The translations under genes were made by a program, and so were the position numbers. The notes beneath the pieces were generated by a model, which worked only from the letters and a program-made list of their open reading frames with translations, did no database searches and had not been told where the DNA came from. From an uncultured bacterium (lineage in GTDB: Bacteria > Bacteroidota > Ignavibacteria > Kapaibacteriales > UBA4661): a stretch of DNA of 64,000 nucleotides. The DNA lies in contig CALCNX010000034.1 of NCBI GenBank assembly GCA_937899715.1, positions 2,339 through 66,338 on the forward strand, in the 5' to 3' direction. This document shows, piece after piece, positions 57,342 to 64,000 of the stretch; position 1 is the first letter of the stretch; each line of letters begins with the position of its first letter.

Positions 57342-58028
57342 ATGACACAGCATCCCGTACAAATCGCACCATCACTGCTTTCGGCAAACTTTGCTCGTCT
57401 TGAAGATGACGTGCGGCGCTGCGAGGCGGGCGGCGCGGAAATTCTCCACGTGGACGTGATGGACGGTCATTTTGTGCCGAATATCACAATTGGTCCGCTT
57501 GTGGTGGAAGCTCTCCGCCCCACGACCAGCCTTGTGCTGGATTGTCACTTGATGATAAGTCATCCTGACCGCTATATTGCTGCTTTTGCGGCAGCGGGTG
57601 CGGATTGGATTTCTGTTCACGTGGAGGCTACGCAACATCTGCACCGCACATTATCCCTTGTCAAAGAGCACGGCAAGCGCGTGGGTGCAGTGCTCAATCC
57701 CGTCACGCCGCTTTCGAGCGTTTTCGACGCGGCGGAGTATTGCGATTTTATCCTGTTAATGTCAGTTAATCCGGGCTTTGGCGGGCAAAAATTTATCACA
57801 TCATTTTTGCGTCGTGCAGCAGCACTGCGCGACTTTTTGGACGTGAATGGGCTGGAACGTGTCGAAATTGAGGTGGACGGCGGCGTGGTGGCAGATAACG
57901 CCGAAGCAATCGTCCGGGCAGGTGCGAATATTCTTGTGAGCGGCTCCGGTGTTTTTCGCGGTAATCCCGCCGAGACCATACCTGCCTTGCGCAAAGCAGC
58001 GGAGCGTGGTCAGAGCCAAGCAGTGTAG
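57342..58028 (+). CDS. rpe: ribulose-phosphate 3-epimerase
   Basis: IAPSLLSANFARL...HVDVMDGHFVPN...MSVNPGFGGQKF motifs. Confidence 0.92.
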   Translation: MTQHPVQIAPSLLSANFARLEDDVRRCEAGGAEILHVDVMDGHFVPNITIGPLVVEALRPTTSLVLDCHLMISHPDRYIAAFAAAGADWISVHVEATQHLHRTLSLVKEHGKRVGAVLNPVTPLSSVFDAAEYCDFILLMSVNPGFGGQKFITSFLRRAAALRDFLDVNGLERVEIEVDGGVVADNAEAIVRAGANILVSGSGVFRGNPAETIPALRKAAERGQSQAV

Positions 58029-58107
58029 AACTCAATAGCATAAAATAGTATAACCGAGTAGATTTCAAATATTTTCGCGTCACTTCTCACCTCAACATTG
58101 TACACCA

Positions 58108-60033
58108 ATGAAATTCTCCATTTTCACAAAACTCCTTCTGGGGTTTGCCTCTGCACTTGTGCTCACAGCATTTATAGCAGGCTTTGCTATTTTCAGGATT
58201 TCGGGCGTAACAACTGTTGCTTCCGACATTATCACCGGACCGCAGGAAATCAAGTATTTGGCACGAAAAGTCGAATCGCAGCTCCGCAATGCGATTACCT
58301 ACGAGAAAGAATTTATGCTGACGCAAGACCAAAAAAATGCGGAAAGTTTTTCGGCATCAGCGAAAGAGGCGCGGGGGTTGGTGGATAAAATTTCGACACT
58401 TTCCACCGATAGCCAAATCAAGGAGACCGCAAAAAAACTTGATGAGCGAGTTGACCAATATAGCAAAGGGTTCGGCGATATTCTGAGCGAAATTTACCTG
58501 AAATCAGATGGCAATGAGCCGTTCGCTGTGGTGATGCAACGTGATGCAAGCGTTCAAGCGGTGTATAAGAAGTATATCGAAAACGCCCGTTCTGCTGAAC
58601 AACTGGCAAATCAGATTGTGAAAATCGCCGAAGAAAAATCTGTTATGTCGCTTCAAGACCTCACAAACGAGGGCGCACAAGCACGGACAACGCTGCTCAT
58701 TATTACGTTTGTGGCTTTGGGAGCGGGTGTTTTGATAGCCTTGTTGCTGGCGCGTATTATTTCTACACCTATTTCTGCGCTCAATGACGCAGCAAAGCAA
58801 GTGGCGGCGGGCAAAAGCGATATCACGCTCAATATCCGAACACATGACGAATTGAGCGAACTTGGCGCGTCCTTCAACACCATGGTACAAAGCATCAACG
58901 GTATGCTCGGCGAAGTGAATAAGTCCAACGACGATATTACGAGGGTTTTGGGCGAAGTCAACGCGGCGAAGCAAGAAACAGAGCGCTCAAAACAGCATCT
59001 TGACGAAGAAGTTGCCGACCTGCTGAGAACGATAGATGCTTTGGCGGAGGGTGATTTTTCGCAAGATATACGCGTGGCTGCTACGAGCGATGAAATCTCC
59101 AAGCTGCGTGGGCGCTTGCAGTCTATGGTTGAGAGCCTTCGCCGCCTTATTGTGCAGGTGCAAGAGACCGTTATTACTGTTGCCGAGTCGTCTGCACACA
59201 TCAGCACCAGTGCGGAGCAGCTTTCTTCCGGTGTACAGAATCAAGCGCATCAAACAGGACTTGTTTCTTCAGCCATGGACAATATGACGGGCACGATTAG
59301 CGCAAACTCACGCAATGCGGGTGAGACTGCTTCTGTTGCTGTAAAAAATGGTGAAATTGCCCGCCGAAGCAGTGAAATTGTGCTTCAGACGGTTGGAAAG
59401 ATGAATGAAATTGCAGGTGTGGTGCAAAATTCGGCGAAAACGATTGCGCAATTAGGCGATTCGAGCGCGCAAATTGGAGAAATTGTCTCGGTTATCACAG
59501 AAATTGCTGACCAAACGAACCTTCTGGCTCTCAATGCCGCCATCGAAGCTGCCCGCGCCGGCGATCAAGGGCGAGGCTTTGCCGTCGTTGCCGATGAAGT
59601 ACGCAAACTCGCCGAGCGCACACAGCAAGCCACAAAACAAATAACTGGCATGATAACTACCATTCAACGTGAATCTACGGGCGCTGTCAAAGCAATGGAA
59701 CAAGGGAACGCCAAAGTCCGTGAAGGTATTGACCTTGCTGAAAAAGCAGGGCAGGCGTTGACAGAGGTGGTGAAAAGCTCCGAAAGTGTATTGCAAATGG
59801 TGCAAAGTATTGCTGACGCGAGCCTGCAACAGACTTCTACCAGCGAAAAAATCGCCGATAACGTCGAACAGATGACCCTCGTGGCTTCCGAATCAGCAAA
59901 GGGCGTAGAGAACATTGCCGCGACCGCAGCAACGCTTCAAGACCTCACAGAGCAACTGGAAGCGCGAATCACACAATTCAAAGTAGGTAATGCTCTTCCG
60001 GCAGCGCCACAGCAGCGCCGACTTCGTGCCTAA
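58108..60033 (+). CDS. methyl-accepting chemotaxis protein
   Basis: Two TM helices flank a sensor region, followed by a HAMP domain. Highly conserved signalling hairpin [39 protein letters not shown]. Confidence 0.9.
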   Translation: MKFSIFTKLLLGFASALVLTAFIAGFAIFRISGVTTVASDIITGPQEIKYLARKVESQLRNAITYEKEFMLTQDQKNAESFSASAKEARGLVDKISTLSTDSQIKETAKKLDERVDQYSKGFGDILSEIYLKSDGNEPFAVVMQRDASVQAVYKKYIENARSAEQLANQIVKIAEEKSVMSLQDLTNEGAQARTTLLIITFVALGAGVLIALLLARIISTPISALNDAAKQVAAGKSDITLNIRTHDELSELGASFNTMVQSINGMLGEVNKSNDDITRVLGEVNAAKQETERSKQHLDEEVADLLRTIDALAEGDFSQDIRVAATSDEISKLRGRLQSMVESLRRLIVQVQETVITVAESSAHISTSAEQLSSGVQNQAHQTGLVSSAMDNMTGTISANSRNAGETASVAVKNGEIARRSSEIVLQTVGKMNEIAGVVQNSAKTIAQLGDSSAQIGEIVSVITEIADQTNLLALNAAIEAARAGDQGRGFAVVADEVRKLAERTQQATKQITGMITTIQRESTGAVKAMEQGNAKVREGIDLAEKAGQALTEVVKSSESVLQMVQSIADASLQQTSTSEKIADNVEQMTLVASESAKGVENIAATAATLQDLTEQLEARITQFKVGNALPAAPQQRRLRA

Positions 60034-60056
60034 TTGCCCATTTCCCGCTTCACAGA

Positions 60057-60491
60057 ATGAAGAATATATTTTTTGCTCTTGAGTTATGGCTGGAACGCTC
60101 TTCTGCACTGATGTTGTGGGGAATGGCTGCGCTGTGGTACGGATTCATTTTCTATCTTTCGGGTATTCCTACCACGACCAGCGCCTCCACGAAAACAATG
60201 GTGGGCGGCGATGACACGTTGAACACGGTTTTTCGATTTTGTGCGCACTTGGGCGTTTTCGGTGTCCAGGGTGTGCTTGTGTATGCTGCGCAAGGACGGT
60301 CATTGGCGTTTGTCCGCCGTGCTTGTATTGTAGCGCTTTGTATGACGTTTCTCTTGGGGATTTCCGACGAGATTCACCAGTCCTTTGTTCTCGGACGGTA
60401 CGCACGAGTGCAGGATGTTCTGACCGACACCGCAGGCGCGGCGATAGCGATAGGCTGTATCACTGCGTTTCGCCGAAAGTTTGTGATGTAA
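60057..60491 (+). CDS. VanZ-family membrane protein
   Basis: Four hydrophobic helices and the motif ISDEIHQSFVLGRYARVQDVLTDTAGA. Confidence 0.7.
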   Translation: MKNIFFALELWLERSSALMLWGMAALWYGFIFYLSGIPTTTSASTKTMVGGDDTLNTVFRFCAHLGVFGVQGVLVYAAQGRSLAFVRRACIVALCMTFLLGISDEIHQSFVLGRYARVQDVLTDTAGAAIAIGCITAFRRKFVM

Positions 60492-60508
60492 TACATGATG
60501 TAAACATG

Positions 60509-60988
60509 CTACGGATTAAGTGTCTCTTCCAGCGAAATCGGGCGCTGGAGGCTTTCTTCCAGCGAAATAAACGTCTCAGTGCGTTCTATGCCTTCGATGG
60601 CTTGTATCTTGTCATTCAGCACTTCGCGTAGATGTTGCGTATCACGGCAGACAATTTTAGCTAAAATGTTGTAATTGCCTGTGGTATAGTGCAACTCAAT
60701 AATTTCGGGAATAGCCTCGAGTTCCTTGACGACGCTTTTGTAGAGCGAGCCTTTTTCCAGATAGATGCCCAAAAATGCACAAATATCAAAGCCGAGTTTC
60801 GTCGGCGAAATCAGTAGCTGTGCGCCTTTGACTACTCCTGCCGATTCCAGTTTTTTCATCCGCACGTGCACTGTGCCCGATGACGTATGTACCTCTTGCG
60901 CAATGTCCGTGAAAGGAAGTCTCGCATTGCGCAAAAGCAGTGTGAGGATTTTGATGTCGAGTTCATCAATATCAATAATTTGACCCAT
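60509..60988 (-). CDS. Lrp/AsnC-family transcriptional regulator
   Basis: LDIKILTLLLRNARLPFTDIAQEVHTSSGTVHVRMKKLESAGVV HTH region plus a C-terminal RAM-like domain. Confidence 0.88.
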   Translation of the reverse strand: MGQIIDIDELDIKILTLLLRNARLPFTDIAQEVHTSSGTVHVRMKKLESAGVVKGAQLLISPTKLGFDICAFLGIYLEKGSLYKSVVKELEAIPEIIELHYTTGNYNILAKIVCRDTQHLREVLNDKIQAIEGIERTETFISLEESLQRPISLEETLNP

Positions 60989-61073
60989 AGTTCAGAGGTG
61001 TAAATTATGAAATTTTCAATAAATTCGTTATATTTTGCAAATTATTAAATAATTACGATATTTTGTAAATAAA

Positions 61074-61105
61074 TTTGCATAAAAATAGCTGATGTGTTAT
61101 CTTTG
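61074..61105 (+). promoter_or_regulatory. Bacteroidetes-type promoter (-33 TTTG / -7 TAnnTTTG) for the downstream RNA gene
   Basis: TTTG at 61074-61077, a 20-nt spacer, then TATCTTTG at 61098-61105. Confidence 0.45.
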
Positions 61106-61154
61106 TATCAGTAACAATAACACAACTGTTACTGCTCTTTCAAAACAAACATTA

Positions 61155-61282
61155 CTGTAAGATGACGAAACAGGCAGCCGTACCGTCCAGTCTCGACGGT
61201 GGAGCAACGCGATAAAGATGTGAGCAAGTTCGCTTCTCATTTCCTAAGTCCTCCGTGAAGGTTCGATTCCTTCTCTTACAGC
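61155..61282 (+). ncRNA. tRNA-like structured RNA with a ~56-nt variable region (class unknown)
   Basis: Hand-folded cloverleaf. Acceptor pairs 61155-61162 with 61274-61281. D-like arm pairs 61165-61167 with 61179-61181, with GG in the loop. Anticodon-like stem pairs 61183-61187 with 61195-61199 around the 7-nt loop CAGTCTC. T arm GAAGG-TTCGATT-CCTTC spans 61257-61273. The long insert is closed by GGAG/CTCC and contains a UUCG hairpin. Confidence 0.5.
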
Positions 61283-61298
61283 TCTCGTAACGCAAAAA

Positions 61299-61336
61299 CT
61301 GCATATCCCTCAATCAGGTGTAGGCAGTTTTTTTTT
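61299..61336. terminator. bidirectional intrinsic terminator (RNA gene on +, murB on -)
   Basis: Stem CTGC...GCAG with inner pairs (61299-61327). It is flanked by A5 (61294-61298) and T9 (61328-61336), so a U-run follows the hairpin on either strand. Confidence 0.6.
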
Positions 61337-61365
61337 GCCCTTTTGTGAATTCGCTACTGAGTGCT

Positions 61366-62421
61366 TCAGCAAATATTGACTTCTGTTTCTAGTGCCACCC
61401 CAAAATGCTCATGCACCGATGTCTGTATCTGCCGTGATAGTTCAAGAATCTCATCGCCCGTCGCCGCGCCGTAATTGACAAGTACCAATGCCTGTTTGTC
61501 GTGAACAGCAGCGTCGCTGTTTGGCATGAGGCGCTTGCCTTTCCAGCCGCAGCGCTCAATCATCCAACCGGCAGGAATTTTTACAAGATTGTCACTGACC
61601 GAAAATGAAGGTACTTCAGGATATGAGCTTTTAATGCGGTTGTAGATTTCACGCGGCACGGTTGGATTTTTGAAAAAACTGCCGGCATTGCCAATAACGG
61701 CGGGATTGGGTAGCTTCGAGCGGCGAACCGAGCACACTGCCGAGCGAACGTGCTGAACGGTATAGTCTTCGCGGCGGACTCCGGGAAAAAGGCGTTCAAT
61801 TTCTTCCTCAAGCGCTCCGTAGGATATGGCGAGGTCGCTTGCGGAAGTAGGATTTTTTTGTAAGCGGAGTACAACCGATGTAATAATAAATTTTTCGCGG
61901 AGGTCTCGCTTAAAAATGCTGTCCCTATAGCCAAAGGAACATTCGTCTCGTGAAAATTCTCGCTTCTCGCCCGTAGAGCGCATTACGCCGCGCACACTAA
62001 CGAGGACATTTTGTAATTCAATTCCATATGCACCGATGTTTTGAACCGGTGCCGCACCGACACTGCCCGGAATCAGGGAAAGATTTTCCAGACCGCCCCA
62101 ATTTTGTATCACTGCGTTTTGTACGACGCTATCCCACTCTTCGCCGGCTGCTACTTCCACATCCAGCGTTGTTGCGGTTTCGTGCAGAATAGTTGTTCCT
62201 TTGAGCGCTATTTTTATGACAAGCGCCTTCACATTGGTAGTGAAAAGAATATTGCTACCGCCGCCCAAAATGAGGAGAGAGGAAAATTCTTTGCGTTCCC
62301 GCTCCTGAGCAAGAAGGTCTTGGATTTCTTCAACGGTCGAAACCGTAGAAAAACCTGCTGCCTTTGCCTCAAGAGCAAAGGTATTGTAGGGTTTGAGAGA
62401 AATATTTCGCTGAATTTCCAT
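61366..62421 (-). CDS. murB: UDP-N-acetylenolpyruvoylglucosamine reductase
   Basis: SLKPYNTFALEA...LILGGGSNILF FAD-binding motif and the C-terminal MurB domain, 351 aa. Confidence 0.9.
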   Translation of the reverse strand: MEIQRNISLKPYNTFALEAKAAGFSTVSTVEEIQDLLAQERERKEFSSLLILGGGSNILFTTNVKALVIKIALKGTTILHETATTLDVEVAAGEEWDSVVQNAVIQNWGGLENLSLIPGSVGAAPVQNIGAYGIELQNVLVSVRGVMRSTGEKREFSRDECSFGYRDSIFKRDLREKFIITSVVLRLQKNPTSASDLAISYGALEEEIERLFPGVRREDYTVQHVRSAVCSVRRSKLPNPAVIGNAGSFFKNPTVPREIYNRIKSSYPEVPSFSVSDNLVKIPAGWMIERCGWKGKRLMPNSDAAVHDKQALVLVNYGAATGDEILELSRQIQTSVHEHFGVALETEVNIC

Positions 62422-62447
62422 GAATAATATTCAAGAGCATCACCAAT

Positions 62448-62488
62448 AAAAAAGACAGGAAACGACGTTTTGCGTGAGTTTCCTGTCT
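62448..62488 (-). terminator. intrinsic terminator after the DUF3127-like gene
   Basis: An 11-bp stem: AGACAGGAAAC (62453-62463) pairs with GTTTCCTGTCT (62478-62488). On the minus strand it is followed by a T-run (A-run 62448-62452 on +). Confidence 0.7.
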
Positions 62489-62512
62489 GCATTGTGCTTT
62501 GTTTACAGAGGC

Positions 62513-62890
62513 TTAGAACGGAATATCATCATCATCCGGCGGAGGTGCATCGTGAGTGGATGCTGCCGCTGCTGAGCGGTTCGGTGCTGCCGAAGTAGGA
62601 GCGCCGCCGTCTATTTTCTCCAACTTCCATGCACCCAAATTGGTGTAATACACCGTATTACCGTCACGAGATTTGCCCTCGCGCCCGGAAAGTCCGAAGA
62701 CGACTTTGATTTTATCGCCTTTTTGGAATGAATTCAGCGCCGAGCATTTATCCTGTGTGAGTTGAAATTTGACGTATTGAGGATAGTTGCCATCTTCAAT
62801 TTCAACGACAAACTCACGCTTGCGGAATTTTTCGGTTACCTGCTGTTCATCGAACATTGCGTGGAGTTTACCGAATGCTTCATACAACAT
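62513..62890 (-). CDS. DUF3127-like OB-fold protein with SSB-type acidic C-terminal tip
   Basis: Start at ATG ending 62890 (MLYEAFGKL). Core KFRKREFVVEIEDGNYPQYVKFQLTQDKC...KIKVVFGLSGRE. Ala/Pro/Ser-rich linker. Terminal DDDDIPF. Confidence 0.6.
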   Translation of the reverse strand: MLYEAFGKLHAMFDEQQVTEKFRKREFVVEIEDGNYPQYVKFQLTQDKCSALNSFQKGDKIKVVFGLSGREGKSRDGNTVYYTNLGAWKLEKIDGGAPTSAAPNRSAAAASTHDAPPPDDDDIPF

Positions 62891-63065
62891 AGAAAATCCT
62901 TCGAGAGAGATTAAAACAAGAAAAAAGAAATAATTACCTAGATTACTACGCAAGTCGCAAAAATACAAAAAAATGTGAGAAAGGAAATACTTCCGTAAAA
63001 AGTTTTTTCTGACGGTGCTATGCTGAGTGTTATACGTGTCTTAAACACTTGTCTGCAAGTGAATT

Positions 63066-63782
63066 TTAGCCTCGTTTGAGCAGGAGTTTGTACGACTCGG
63101 CTTCAAACAAAAAATGATGTGCCAGAGCAATAGAAAACGGATTCGCATAATTCATCCGCTCCGGATGCCATTGCACACCAATCAAAAAAGACCGTTCTGA
63201 AAAATCATTCCACTCAATCGCCTCGTTAATGCCGTCATCCGAGATAGCGCTAATGCGTAAGCCCTCGCCAAGCCGATCCACTGCCTGATGATGTGCGCTA
63301 TTAACTGTCCCTTCAATTTCACCCGTGATTTTGGTGAGAATAGAGCCGGACTGAATAACAATGCCGTGCTCGCCATCCGTGTCGTTAATGCGTGCGTGCT
63401 CGTGCGTGGCGTTGGTGTCGGCGGGAATGTCAATCACAAGGGTCCCACCTTCGGCAACATTGACCAACTGCGCACCTCTGCACACCGCAATAACAGGCAT
63501 CTTGAGTTCCTTTGCTTTCGCATAGAGCACCAGTTCAAAATCATCACGCTCCGAATCAATAGAACAGCGTCCAAGCTCTGATTCTTTGCCGTATCGCGCA
63601 GGGTTTACGTCCGGTCCGCCTGTCAGTACTAGCCCTGCGCAGGATTCGAGCACCGAAAGTGCAGGTTCAATTTGCAGCAGAGAAAGGTCAATACCGCTCA
63701 CACGCGGGTCAGCCACTCGCAGCCATTCTTCATATTTCGTATAATTAAGGGAGCCGCTTGCTTTAGAAATGCCGATGTTCAT
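63066..63782 (-). CDS. class I glutamine amidotransferase, peptidase C26 / PuuD-like gamma-glutamyl hydrolase family
   Basis: VIAVCRGAQLVN (nucleophile Cys), SAHHQAV and GVQWHPE motifs. Start set at ATG ending 63782. Confidence 0.8.
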   Translation of the reverse strand: MNIGISKASGSLNYTKYEEWLRVADPRVSGIDLSLLQIEPALSVLESCAGLVLTGGPDVNPARYGKESELGRCSIDSERDDFELVLYAKAKELKMPVIAVCRGAQLVNVAEGGTLVIDIPADTNATHEHARINDTDGEHGIVIQSGSILTKITGEIEGTVNSAHHQAVDRLGEGLRISAISDDGINEAIEWNDFSERSFLIGVQWHPERMNYANPFSIALAHHFLFEAESYKLLLKRG

Positions 63783-63835
63783 AGTGCTTTTATTCAAAGT
63801 GAAGATGTTCAAAGTGAAGAGAAACGGTTTGTGAG

Positions 63836-64000
63836 TTATCGTGGGGATAAAAGAGCAGCAATACGCTCACAAAGGGCATTATTGCCCTGCTCTATCGTGC
63901 ATTGAATGGGCAGCACTGCAAGTGTAAGCCCCGCCGATGCAAATATATCACTAAAGGTGCGAAGTTTTACGAGGTCTTTTTCGGTGGTCGCAATGACGTT
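63836..64000 (-). CDS. C-terminal fragment of a protein running off the window (possibly tetraacyldisaccharide 4'-kinase LpxK)
   Basis: The minus frame is open from 64000 to TAA at 63836-63838 and reads NVIATTEKDLVKLRTF...ERIAALLSPR. The TEKD(A/L)VK segment is reminiscent of the LpxK C-terminus, but 54 aa is too little to be sure. Confidence 0.35.
   Translation of the reverse strand, partial: NVIATTEKDLVKLRTFSDIFASAGLTLAVLPIQCTIEQGNNALCERIAALLSPR

Noticed and set aside
61155-61282. Interpretation as tmRNA, tRNA-Sec or an ordinary type II tRNA
   Set aside because: tmRNA is excluded by the absence of a G-U Ala identity pair, tag ORF or pseudoknots, and by being far too short. tRNA-Sec is excluded by the absence of a UCA anticodon and of the 6-bp D stem. 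An ordinary tRNA is excluded by being about 35-40 nt too long, with A33. It is kept as an unclassified tRNA-like RNA.

Overview
This is a densely coding 64-kb chromosomal segment of roughly 50% G+C with visibly AT-richer patches. It carries about 57 protein-coding genes and no rRNA, canonical tRNA, CRISPR array, transposase or integrase that I can recognise. All calls come from reading the ORF translations and the DNA by eye; no database search, folding program or statistics package was run.

The host looks like a member of the Fibrobacteres-Chlorobi-Bacteroidetes group. Evidence is two proteins with T9SS-type C-terminal sorting domains, DUF4175, MoxR and DUF4397-type genes, and a Bacteroidetes-style TTTG/TAnnTTTG promoter.

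Recognisable housekeeping genes are purB, uvrA, ribD, rpe, murB, nuoL and clpS. Others include an acylphosphatase, an M20 dipeptidase, a lipoate-protein ligase family gene, an Lrp-family regulator and a methyl-accepting chemotaxis protein.

The observations I rank highest:
- **DnaA-box cluster (29321-29753):** a statistically implausible cluster with an AT-rich flank in the 744-bp gap upstream of uvrA. It is a candidate oriC or DnaA-control locus.
- **tRNA-like RNA gene (61155-61282):** promoter- and terminator-bounded, 128 nt, folding by eye into a full cloverleaf with a roughly 56-nt variable region.
- **Copper monooxygenase pair (37018-39061):** a PHM/DBH-type lipoprotein with all Cu-ligand motifs plus an N-terminal CX4CH motif, next to a CXXC redoxin lipoprotein.
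- **SSB-like DUF3127 protein (62513-62890):** a DUF3127-like protein ending in the SSB tip DDDIPF.
- **Candidate operators:** paired GAAC-N4-GTTC palindromes (16770-16827) and 21-bp-phased direct repeats (11879-11912).

Smaller items:
- **HEPN/MNT toxin-antitoxin pair** (53363-54132).
- **MoxR ATPase coupled to a DUF4397 lipoprotein** (54145-57296).
- **Orphan nuoL** (48222-50213).
- **C12 tract inside a LytTR regulator gene** (5973-5984).
- **Decayed beta-barrel gene end** (8492-8620).
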